Of a stretch of DNA of 64,000 nt, positions 11,671-24,133 are shown in pieces; position 1 is the first letter of the stretch; each line of letters begins with the position of its first letter. The position numbers were made by a program, and so were the translations under genes. The stretch is from Paraspadella gotoi (taxonomy: Eukaryota > Animalia > Chaetognatha). The notes below the pieces were generated by a model. It saw nothing but the letters and a program-made list of their open reading frames with translations, made no database searches and had not been told where the DNA came from. Where the stretch lies: positions 6,743,545 to 6,807,544 of the forward strand of contig JBJCIZ010000239.1 in NCBI GenBank assembly GCA_051294375.1, given 5' to 3'.

Positions 11671-14123
11671 ATGTCCGAGATACAGTACGACCCGTCTCAA
11701 TTTCCCGAATATTTGCAAGTTTATTACAAGCGACTTTTCCCCTTCGGTCCCTACTACAAGTGGCTCTCGTACGGACTGGCGCCGCAGGTTCGTTCGAAAG
11801 CGAAAGGTTTTTCCAAAGTCACCGCATAGTTCTTGAAGTTTTTGTTAGGAAATTTTCAGTAAATGGGAACGATTTGATTTTTTTAAATTTAATTGCATAT
11901 TAATTGTGGACAACCAATATGAAAAATCATCCATTTATTTAATAAATATGAAACTTTGGACAGGTCATGGTCGGTTAAGCTAGTAACAAGACTCGGTATC
12001 TTGCTTTCCTATTAATGAAGTGGTATAACGTCTCAAACTTTCAAACATTCAATTATATAAAAGAACCACTCCCGTAAGTATTAGATCGGAGAATACCCCG
12101 CACCATTTAATATATCAATTGTTTAAAAAACGGACAGAAATACTTTTCGTTGCGCGAATTCTCCTTCACTCTCCAAGATGACATCTACGTCCGATATCAG
12201 TCGTTCAACGATCAACTAGAAATGGAGAAAGAGATTGTCAGGAAAAACCCTCACAAGATCGATATTGGTGAGAAAAGGAAGTGGGGGCTGGGGCTGGGGT
12301 GTGGTGGAAATTTCGAATTTGGGCGATGGGGGCGGTTTTCATCTCGACAGCTTTAATATTTAGTTATTTATTAGTAGTTGACGTTAATATTATTTTCGCA
12401 CTCCCGCCGCGATGATAGCGATACTTAACGTTAGTGCAAGACTTAGCCCTCTCGAGTATGAAAGATCTGCGCATCATCCATCTCGTTTAATCCGATTAAC
12501 TCACTATTCCTTTCCCCCTTCCCCTCTCTCTCTTCGCCCGACTCCCGTCAAACAGGCGCGGTATTCAATCACAAACCCCGCGAGCAGAAAATGATCGGCC
12601 AGGGTGGTTTCCAGGCGCAAGAGAAGGAGTTGGTCTTCGACATCGATCTCACCGATTACGACGAGGTGCGGTTCTGTTGTCAAGGCGCCGACATTTGCGC
12701 CAAATGCTGGCCCTTCATGGCCGCCTCCGTCAAGGTCTTGGACAAGGCTCTGAGGTGAGATTCTTTTGTAAAAATAATTATTATATTTATAAGTTAACTT
12801 ACATTAATTGATATAGAAATTACTTGATCTCCTCTCACTCCCATTCCCGTCATTCCACTCCAGAGACGACTTCGGCTTCGACCACCTCCTCTGGGTCTAC
12901 TCGGGTCGTCGCGGAATTCATTGCTGGGTCTGCGACGATTCTGCCCGCAAGTTGAAGCAAGAGGCGCGGACGGCCATCGTGGAATACCTCAGCCTCGTCA
13001 AGGGCGGAGCGGATCAGGTCAAGAAGGTCGCGCTCAAAGACACGCTGCACCCTTTCATTCAGGTCGGGGGAGGGGGCGCACACGAGTAAATTTTTTAGCA
13101 ATATAATTACGAATAGAATTTATTAGTTCCTCCACCCCACCATTTTTTTTCAACTCAGCGTTCCCTCGAATCGTTGAAGCCCTACTACGAAAGCCTCTCG
13201 CTCGGAGCTCAAGACATTCTCGGCGACGAAGCCAAGTACTCGGCCGTCTTGGCGCTGGTGCCGGACGAGGCGTTGCGGAAGGAGATCGAGGATCGATTCA
13301 AGGATCCCAGGTCGCCTTCCGATTCGGAGGTAAGGCGGGTCGTGTGTGTTGGAGGGGGTAAAAGCGGCGAGAATCGGCGATTGTAATTCCAGTTAGACGC
13401 TCGATAATTATATATTTTTTTTACATTTCTCAGTCTCGTTGGAAACTTTTGTGCGACAAGTACAACGACCGATTGAGTCGCGGCGGAAAAATCGGCAAGG
13501 GAAAGCGTCTTCTCGAGGAGATCCAGCTGCAGTACGTCTACCCGCGTCTTGACGTCAACGTCTCCACCGGTGAGCCTAACGGCTCTTTGGGGGGGTTGGG
13601 GGTGCAAAGGGCTTGGCCGTTTGTCATCGAACACTTACTTATTTTCTCCCCCTTTGCAGGCGTTAACCATCTGCTCAAGTCTCCGTTTTGCGTCCACCCG
13701 AAAACCGGCCGCGTCTGCGTGCCCATCGACCCTGACCACGTGGACAAATTCAAACCCGAAGACGCCCCGGTCATTACCGATCTGCTCAACGACCTCGACA
13801 ACGCCGCCAGAGGTTGAGGAGGGTGCCATGGGCGTGTTTGAGTGTTGACGGTTAAGAGCAGCGGGATTTTTCCTACAATTTCAATTCACCCTTTTTCAGA
13901 AGAGGATAAGCCGGAAGCGATGGACACGACTCAGGAACAAAGTTCCGATGACAAAGAGAACGGACCTGACTCGGCGCCGAGCAAGCGGAAATCCCGAGAC
14001 TACAACCGGACTCGTCTCAAGGGCGCCGTTCGAATTTTCGAGGATTTCTTGGAAAAGCTCTCGGCCGACTGGAAAGAGAAAAGAATCGAAGAGAATGAGA
14101 AGACTGGCTCGCTCAATTTTTGA
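11671..14123 (+). CDS. PRIM1: DNA primase small (catalytic) subunit
   Basis: Motifs: [46 protein letters not shown], catalytic [77 protein letters not shown]. Confidence 0.97.
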
Positions 14124-14325
14124 AAGGGGAAAAACTCTCTTTTGGCTCCTGTCGCCACGTTGGTTTCCTCACGAAGTTGTTTTGTTATATACTACTATTA
14201 TTATTATTAGTCGTTACATGCTTTTTATTTTTATATACATAAGTTTACATTGGTTATTATTTTCATTTTTCTTTCAGGCATCTTAACTAGAATAAGTAGA
14301 TTCGTGGTTCGTCATCGTCATTATC

Positions 14326-15595
14326 ATGGCAAAGACGGAAAGGATCGATAATAACCTTTCATCTCCATCGCTCCTTCGCGACGTCGTCTCCTCACTCGAA
14401 TCCTGCGTCCAACGATTTCGGAGTCTGCAGGATTTCGTGGAATCTCCCGCCGCGTGCGCCGAGTGCTCCCCGATTGTGTTAAGAGATGTCGCTCGCCGGG
14501 TCCGGGATCTGGAATCTCTCGTCAACAGGGACGACTTTTTGCTGCGCTGCGAATGCGTCGGCCGAAGGGTCGTGCTGGACGCGCTGCCGCAGCGTGTCTT
14601 CAAGTCGCAGACGGACAAAGCGGCCCACTCGGAAATGTTTGTCAAGTCGGAGAAGAATTCGGCCTTTTTTGATATGAGCGACGATTGGGTCTCCCACGCT
14701 TTGACCGGTTCGTCTTTCGCGCGGGCCAATTTGCCGCCGCAGACAGCGCGGATAAAGGACGAGGTTTTTCCGGCGTCAAAGAAGCCGCGACCGGATCGAA
14801 ACTACAAAAACATAGTTTCGCCGGAGATACAGCGAGGGCACAGTTCCTTCGAACCGCAAGGTGACCTTCAGTCTGGAATGTAAAGTTATAAAGTGTCGCG
14901 TTTTTTGTGTTTTTTTTTTTTTTTTTTTTTGCACAGGACTGTAGGTCAGTTAAAATTTCAAAAAAATCTAAGATGAAACGCTTTTTGTTGTATTGTTGCT
15001 ACGGTTTGCTTCGAGTGGTTTGTACCATTCAATTTTCGTTTCTGTTGTTGTCGAAAGTGTTTTATCAATTGTTAGCATGTGGTTTTGTTTTGATTCTACA
15101 TATTATTCTGTATTTATTGTCCCTCCGCCGTCTACAGTTTCTACTTCGGCGAACAACATCCCGCAACGTCGGTTCCAGTCAATTCATTCCATGCCGCCAA
15201 CCCATTTTCCCCCTTTCTCTTTCTATTCGTCGTCTGGCCCGGCTGCATCCGTCTCCCAGGCGTCCTCCGCCCCGCCTGTGCCGGCCGGGGACTCTTCGAT
15301 AAAGCCGCTTCCCGTCATCTTCTTTCCCAATCGAAATCTGGCGAAACCGACGTCCTCTTTCAAGAAGCCCAACCTTCTCAAGGCCGCCAAGGCTCAAGCC
15401 CTCCGGCTCGTCAAGATGAGGGGAGGAGCGCCGAAATCCGGCGCGCGCCGTCCCGTTATCTCCGACGGGCGCTGCGGGAAACTGGGGGGCGCCGGAAATT
15501 CTGGCGACCGCATTGGTGGGCGTGGAGTGCCGACGCGGAATGGAGGAGTCGATTCGGGAAGAGAGAAGTCCTTGGCGAAACGCGAGAGAGACTGA
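14326..15595 (+). CDS. Unrecognised 2-exon gene (~330 aa) embedded in the replication gene cluster
   Basis: Exon 1 is 14326-14860 (donor CAAG|GTGACC, phase 1) and exon 2 is 15138-15595 (acceptor TCTACAG|TT, phase 1). They join in frame to 993 nt. Both have the same GC-rich exon composition as the neighbours, with an AT-rich intron between. No family recognised. Confidence 0.7.
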
Positions 15596-15990
15596 AGCGA
15601 AGGCCACGAGAGAGAAGAGGAGGAGGAGGAGGAAGAAGAGAGGGTTGAAAAAAAATATTTTGTTTTGCAATACAAACGTTTACTTACAAGTGAAATACGA
15701 TGTAAATACTAAAAGGCGGAATTTTAATTCATTTCAATTTCATCGTGATTACAAAAAAAAAATACTTTTTTTAAAAATTTGCTTCGTTATTCGCTGGAGT
15801 CGGTTTAATTTCGAAATCGCTCCGACATGCTTTTCCTCTTTTTCTTTCAGTCTGTTTGCCGATAGGCTTCCGTTTTTACATCGCCATGACTGCCAAGTAG
15901 CAGATTTTATTTTTGTTGCATCTCGCGTCCTTTTTCCTCCCCCATTTTATATTTTATCCCCGTATTCATTGCCATCTAAATAACGTCATC

Positions 15991-17578
15991 ATGCCCGAAA
16001 TACCGATGGACACTTCGGAAAACGAAGATCCAGGTTGGCGCCATTTCACTTTTAATTTTGTTAAATTCCGAATCTTTACGAAACTTTTATCCCCTTCCAC
16101 AACCCCTTCCACAACCGCGCAGCCGTCAAAAACTTGGACATCTCCACCCTCTCCGACGACCACGAGCTGCTCGAGGGCGAAGAGGTTATCGAGGTGGGCG
16201 AATATCGAATCAAGATCCCGCTCCCGCCCTCGCTGGTGGTCGCCTCCGGAAAGGAGGGCGAGCCGCGACTCGTCATCACTCATATTGAAAACGAGAATTT
16301 CAAGTCCTACGCCCAGGTGAGGTTCGAAAGAGCGGGAGTTGTCAATGAGGGGGAGTATGAAGAGAGGAGCCGGGACTTTTACTCGGGTGAGATTTAATTT
16401 GTCAAAAGCTAAACGATTAACGATTCCAACTGTTTGTTCGGTCAAGTTGAACTGACCATCCAAGTGGTTTTTATTGTCGTGTTCGTAGGTTGCTAACTTG
16501 TTGCCTTCAGAATTAATTATAGAAACGAGAGGAGTGAACTTTCTTTCTCCAACACACTCCCTTCATTCCACGTTCAAGGTCCAAAGCCTCGGACCCTTTC
16601 ACAAAAACTTCACCTGCATCGTGGGTCCGAATGGAAGCGGAAAGTCCAACGTGATCGACTCCATGCTCTTCGTCTTCGGCTACAGATCCGCCAAGGTCAA
16701 TTGGGATGGAAATGGATCGTCTGGATTTATAAGATAGGATTATGGCAACAGCCGGGTTGCCTGTGATGCCCATTGGGATGGGGCCTCTCACTGTTGTCTT
16801 TGGGGGCTTCCGACCCTCAGTGATGCCTCCTGTCACTGGCGCGGTTACTGCCAACGCAGAGGGAAGTCGTTAGGACTGTGGATGGAACACAATGCTTGGA
16901 TTGGCTGAACGATGGTGGATGTGAGGCGGTGTGAATATACCGCCACGGGATGGTTTTTCTGCATCAGATTTTGCGTTTTGGGCATCTCGATTGGGCACTT
17001 AAGTAATGGACGACCGAATAGTAATATTCTAAGAATCTAAGAGATATATCTCTAACAAATTCCCTCCCCCTTCTCAGATTCGCTGCAAAAAGACTTCCGT
17101 CCTCATTCACAGCAGCGACCAATACAGCAATCTAGACAATTGCAAAGTCACCGTCCACTTTGAAAAGATCATCGACACTGGGAGCAAAGAAAACGACTTC
17201 ACCGTCGTCCCCGATTCGCAGTTCAAGGTTTCAAGAGTTGGCTACAAGGATAATTCCAGCCGGTAGGTGTTGAGCGTTTTGTTGTACTATGTTGCGTTTT
17301 GTCGTGTGTTGTGTTCGTTGTATGTGTCTGTCCTCGCTCTCAATTTTTTTCTTCCTTTCTTTTTCTTTCCCACCTCAGGTACTTCATGAACGACCGACCG
17401 ACCACCTACAAGGAGATCTCTCTTCACCTTCGCCAACAGGGCATCGATTTGGACCACAACCGCTTCCTAATCCTTCAGGGAGAGGTGGAGTCCATCGCCC
17501 TCATGAAGTCCAAAGGCGCCACGCCCCACGAGGAGGGCATGCTCGAGTTTCTCGAGGACATCATCGGCAGCTCCAGGT

Positions 17579-17656
<78 letters not shown>

Positions 17657-18346
17657 TGGTTAAAAAAAAAGTCACTTCAATAAAATTATTCTGATCTGAA
17701 CAGTCGGTTGCCACATTAATCATTAAAAACAAAACTTTTAAGTTGTTCCTACTATACATATTTATAACTGTATATATACTTATATATTATATATAATATT
17801 ATATATATATTATATTATTATATTATATTATATTATATTATATTATTATATTATTATATATTCGCAATCGCCTCGGCAGGTTTTTGTCGCCGATCGGAAA
17901 ATTAGAGAAGCTTCTCGAAGAGGCTGAACACGGAGAGGGGAGAGAAGATGAATCGAGTCAAGTTGGCGGAGAGGGACAAGAACGAACTCAAAGGTGAGAG
18001 TTTGGACTAATTATGCCTTTTAATGTATGTGATATATGATTTTATTTAATACATTATCAATCGTTACTTGCCGTTTTTTGAATTCTTTCCTTTTGTATTT
18101 GTAGTGTCTGAAAGTGTATTTTCTTTTAATCTGTCTTCTGCCGTCCCACCCACCCAACATCCCCAGGCGCCCGCGACGAGGCCATCCTTTACCTTCGCAC
18201 CCAAAACGCCTCACGCGAGTCTACAACAAACTCTATCAGGTGGTGAAGAACGAGACAGAGTTGGAAGTCCGCGCCACCGAGGAGAACGTGGCCGCCGCCA
18301 AGGAACGCGCTCGGCCTGTTCTCGAGGAGTTGGAGAAGATCGGTTC

Positions 18347-18410
<64 letters not shown>

Positions 18411-21400
18411 AGAGAAAAAAAACATCATCTATGAAGCATCGATAAAAAATTGAAGCATCCTTGAAACATCTCAATGAATAAATAAAGGATGCATGAGGCA
18501 TCTCAATAAATAATTAAAGCATCCTTGAAGCATCTCAGGTTTACCTTATATTTATTAGAATTACAGGAGTTATGGACTTTAAAACGTCAGTGTAAAATAC
18601 CGACCGACAAGTGGAGCAACTGACCAAAAAAATCCAAACTCCCTCTCCACCCTTTTACATTTTCAGCGAAGGAGAAGAAGGAGGAAGAGTCGGGCTACGA
18701 GTCGGCCGTCCTCGACTTCAAGCGGTTGGAGGCGGAGATCGAGGATTTCCAGAAGAAGTACGAGGCCTTCGAGAAGGAGGACATCGAGAAGCGAGAGGAC
18801 TACAAGCAGTTGAAGCTCCAGGGGAAGAAGAAAGCGCAAGACTTGGAGCGGGAGGAGAGAGAAGGAAGGAGCTCGAAGCAGAGCCGGAGATCAAGTAAGA
18901 GAGAGAGAGATAGATACCGTTGGTTTAAGATCACGCGTTGGAGGAAATTATAAAGCTCAATTATACAGGGTCCACTGACCTGGACTTTTTTTTGCTTTTT
19001 TTTCCTCAGAGCCAAGGAGCTGGAGGAGCTGAAAAAGCTCTTGGAGCGACACCAGGCTGACAAACGGCACGCGGAGGAAGTGCTGGAGCGAGCGATGGCT
19101 AGCATCCGGGACGACACGGCGCCCATCGTGGCGGAAAAGGAGAAGAAAGAAAACGAGCTCGTGCCTTTCAAGCAGCGCGTCAACCAAGCCAAGTGAGGAA
19201 AGGACTTTCTGAGATTAGATGGGTTAAATTTTAAAACAAGAAATTATGTATCTGCAATGTAAAGTTTGTATACTTAATGAAAAAATATGTCCAAAATCGC
19301 TGTCGACCCAAATTACTCCAGAAAATATGAAATTTTGTACTGGGTCACTACTCACTAGTTACGTATTTAAACAAAAAGAATTATCGAAGAAGTTCTAAAA
19401 CAAGTTACAGTTAAGTTACGAGTTTCCTATGGCCTCCACCTTTCTCTAAACTTCGGAGCTAACCAAGCATGGTCTTAAAAAAATCTCGTATCATTTTGTT
19501 TTTTAAAGTTAACTAATAAATTTGACGTATTTGTAACTTATCTCAGGTCCAAACTGACAATCGCCGAAGATGAACGAAATCTCTTCATCTCCAACCAGGA
19601 AAAGGAAAAGACGCGGCTCCAGTCTATAGAAGCACAACTGGAGCAGCTGGCCGTCAAACTTGAAGATCGAGGGCGCGAGCTCCACCAGCTGGAACGAGAT
19701 ATCCCCGCCGAACAAAAGGATTGCGCCGCTGCCGAGAACGATTTGAAGACCGTTCAGGTTTCATTGATAGTTTTTGAACTTGAAAATAAAATAAATGTAA
19801 AATAAGTAAAAAACAACAAGGCTCACGAGAATGCGCAACTCTGTTTCCCCCCTTTCCCCATCCTTTGATTTTCTTTCTCAGGAAAAAGAGGCGAGACTCA
19901 CCGCGCAGGTGCAGACAGAGCGTGGACAAGTGGAGCAAGCTCGCAGCGCCTTGCAGTCCACCACCAGTCGAAAGGGCGTCCTAGGCGCCTTGATGGAGCA
20001 AAAGAGAAAAGGGCATTTGCCCGGCATCTACGGGCGGCTCGGCGACTTGGGAGCCATCGACGACAAGTACGTTGTCAATTTAGCCCTTTTGTTCGCACGT
20101 ATTTTGTATCGCTTGTTCGTTTGCCCCATTCCTTTCCCCCCATTTCCATCGGTTGATTGGCTGCGATTTTTGAATCACCCTCCTCCCATTTCCACCAATC
20201 AAGGTACGACGTGGCCATCTCCACCTGCTGCGGCCCGCTTGACAACGTCGTCGTCGATACCGTCGAGACGGCGCAGCAATGCATCTCCTATCTCAAGTCT
20301 TCCGGCGTCGGCTCCGCAACTTTTCTTTGCCTCGACAAACAACAACGCTTCGCCGAAAAAGCTCGCGAGCCCAGGCGTGCCTGGCCCGAGGACGTGCCCA
20401 GACTCTTCGATCTGGTCAGTGTCAACAATGAGGAACTGCTGCCGGCCTTTTACTACGCGCTCACCGACACCCTGGTAAGAAAATTTGTTAGGGGGGGGCG
20501 CGAGGGGTTTAATGAAAAGTCTATGATGATATGTGAAGAATGTAGGCTTTGTGAGNNNNNNNNNNTTTAAAAGTTAAATCCTTCAGAGTTAGGTAGCGTA
20601 TACTAAATTTTGAATTATTATTTCGGATTGACCTGACCCGAAAATCCTTAGTCTGTATCAAAGAAACATGAACATTACACAATCATCAATCCAAACCGGA
20701 CATACATCTTCCTTTTCACTCCATCCGTCCCGTCCATCCAGGTGGCCAAAGACATGGACCAAGCTACCCGGATTGCTTACGGAGCGCGACGATACCGAGT
20801 GGTGACTCTCGACGGAGGAATCATCGAGGCATCCGGCGCCATGTCGGGTCAGTAGATCCAAGTGGGCGGGGCGTGGAGTAAAGGATGTTTTAAGATTGTT
20901 CTAATTGATTAAGTGTCAACGATATCTTGTAAAATCTCACCGGAAGAAAGATTGTCATGTAATGTAAGATAACAGTTGTTGCATTGTAACTTATCTCTGT
21001 TCAAAGACTCCCTTTTATTTTTTCCTCAGGTGGCGGGAAACGCGTGATTCGCGGTCGAATGGGGAATAAAGTGGTCGAGGAGGAAGAGGTGAGGTTTTTG
21101 CTACTCACCGTTCTTTCCGAGCTCGTCTCAATGCGAGCCCGTCAATGCCGTCTTACTTTATCTTTTTTCATCCAGAGTTCTCCCGACCTTTCTTCAAATC
21201 ATGTTTTCCCCTTTTCTCTTCCTTCTTCTGCTTTTTCTCTCTATTTTCTTTCTTTCCCTCATTTCTCCTTTCCTTTCCCTCCTTTTTACTTCTCACCTTT
21301 TATTTTTTCTCTTTTTCCACAATTTCCTCCCCTTTCTCTTTTCTTCCCTTTCCTTTATTTTTTCCTCATTCTTTTTGTTCCTTACCTCCTTTTCCTCTCC

Positions 21401-24058
21401 TTTCCCTTCTCCCTTCCACCCAGATCTCTCCCGACGAGCTTCGAGAGATGCAGTCCCACCTAGAGAGGATAACGGAGGAAGCGCGAGCCTGTCATCATCG
21501 ACGCACGCAACTTGAGACGAGCATCGAAACCTTGAGGACGAGCGTGCGCTCCAAGGAACTCACGCGGAAGAAGCACGAGAACGAGGTCAAGTCGTTGCGC
21601 GCTACGGAACCCAAGCTGCGTCAGCAGATCGAAGATTGCAAGGCGCAAATCAAGGTGCGTGGGTCAAAGCCAAGGGGGTTAATTTGATTAATCTTTGTTA
21701 CTCTTAATAATTATTTAAAATAAAGCAAAACTTAATCCATTTCAGAAATTGGCCCCCGACTCGAACCAGCTGGCCCGCCTGGAAGGTCTCGTCGAGAAAT
21801 ACCGGGCCCAGCACGAGGCCGAGGTGGCGGCCTCGGCCGATCTCGAGGCCCGGGTCAAGTCGCTCGCCGCCAAGCTCGAGGAGGCCGTCGAGGGGCGCGT
21901 CAAAGGCCCGCGGGGTCAGGTGGAGCGTCTCGAGAAGCAGATGCAGAAGACGAACGGGGACATCACCAAGACCAACGTGGCCATCAAGACGGCGGGCAGG
22001 AACATCGCCAAGGCCGTGGAGAAGATCGAGTCTTTGAAGAAAGAGATCGTCGAGACAAAGGAGAAGGGTGAGGGGGGGTGAAAAAAAGTACAATCGGTCA
22101 ATTGTCAATTATGCCCTTGGTCTTTTCACTTGATACTTCATTGATTAGTAGATAAACGGAAGGTTGTTTGAAGTGGTAGAGTCACGTGATCATCTGAAAC
22201 TGCACCCACAAGAAAAGTCACTGTCGGTTCTTGTTTTTTAATACAATTTTTTAACAAATAATAATAACAATAACTCCCCCCCCCAAAAAAAAAGTATATA
22301 TATCTAACTGATGCGTCGGTCCATCATCTCTATCTCTCTATGAGTAAAGTCAAAGGAAAAGTCCAAAAAAATAGGGAAACAAAGTATATTCTCTGAGAGG
22401 GAGCTCTCGAGTCGAAGTAGAACCCAAGACAGAACTAAAATCTCTCTCTTTGCTCCTTCTTCTGTCGTCGCTCGATGAGGAGGTAGTGAAAGGGAGGAAA
22501 AGAGGCGGAAGAGGAAGAAGAAAAAAGGTGTCTCGAGCGAGAATGGGGAATCCAGTGAAATCTACTCATCCCTCTATCTGTATATATAATTATGAAATTG
22601 GTACAACCAATATAAAAATTATCCATTCATTTAATATATATATAATTATATATTTCCTTATCCAGAATCTCGTATGAAGGCTGACTTGGAAGAGTTGACG
22701 GAGAAAGCGCGGGATTTGATCGAGAAGAAGGAGGAGATGGTCGAGTCGCGCAAAGGGATGAAGTCGAAGGTGCAGAGGATGAAGTCGGCCATCGACGCTT
22801 TGGAGAAGCGAGAGTCGGATCTCAAGACCGCGAGACAGGTTTACATCAGAACCTTTTTTTTTTTACATTTGATTGTGTTTATTACATGTATATTTTATTA
22901 TGATTATTTTCATCTGCAGGAATAAGTTTGATTTGTTTGTGACAACGATTTGTTTTATTTTCATCGTAATCTTTTACTCGTTATTTTTTTTTCTCAGTCT
23001 ATAGTAGAAAATAGTCGACTTTTTGTTTCCTCTCGTTTGTTTACAAATTTTATTTTTAATTAATAAGCAATAAAACATGACTTTGAAGCGACTATATGAG
23101 AATTGAACCAAAGTATTAGCCTCCTGAAAACGAGTCCATTTTTTTCCTTTTTCCCCTTACTTTCTCTTTTCTCTCCCCTTTCTTATTCTCCCTTTTTTCT
23201 TTCCCTTTTTTCTTTCCCTTTTTCCTCGCCCTCCTCCCTCACCCTCACCCCCCCCTCCCTCCCTCGCCCCTCCTCCCTCACCACTCCCTCCCCTCGCCCC
23301 TCCTCCACGCCCGCTCATCCCTCACCTTTCCTCCTCGCCCCTCATTCCTCACCCTTCTCCCTCCCCCTCCTCTCTCCCTCCCCTCCCTCCACCCCTCCTC
23401 CGTTTCCCAGACGGTGACTCACGAGTTAGAAGTCGTCGAGGGAGAACTCTCCTCCTTAAAGGAAAAGTTAAAGATGAACGGACGCCTTCTGTCTGGACTC
23501 AAACTCAACTTCATCGACCCGCAGATGTCGCAGTCTGTTCGACCAGGCGAGAAGCTTTGGTTGGGCAGGAAGAGAATGATGACAATGAAGGGGCTGGACT
23601 TATTGAATCGGCCTTTGAGATGATCTTTTGACTTTTAATAATAATTAATTTGTTATTTAACAGAGGCCGACGACGAAGACGACTGCACCGAGTTGAAGGA
23701 ATACGCCGTCGACGAACTCGATACCTTTGATATCAAAGTGAGACGAAGAAAAAAGTTTTTTTTACTTAATATCTCTCTCTATCTCACATTTTTAAACTTT
23801 TCATATCTCTCTCTCTTCCACTTCTTTTCCCCTTCCGGGTCAGACCCTGGACGCAGAGGTGGTGGCCAACAAACAACGCCTCGAGCAGATGCATCCCAAC
23901 ATGGCCGCCATCGAGGAGTACAAGAAGAAGAACCAGAGCTACATACTCCGCATGGATGAATACATGAAGTGCACGAGCCGGCGGGATTTCGTCGGGAAAA
24001 ATGGGAGGAGTTAAAGAAGCCGAGCCTCGACGAGTTTTTAACGGGTGTGTGTGTGTGA

Positions 24059-24133
<75 letters not shown>

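Noticed and set aside
23991-24003. Programmed -1 frameshift at GGGAAAAA in SMC4
   Set aside because: The G_GGA_AAA heptamer is not in the required reading phase, and SMC4 has several other indels near microsatellites, so a sequencing error is more likely.
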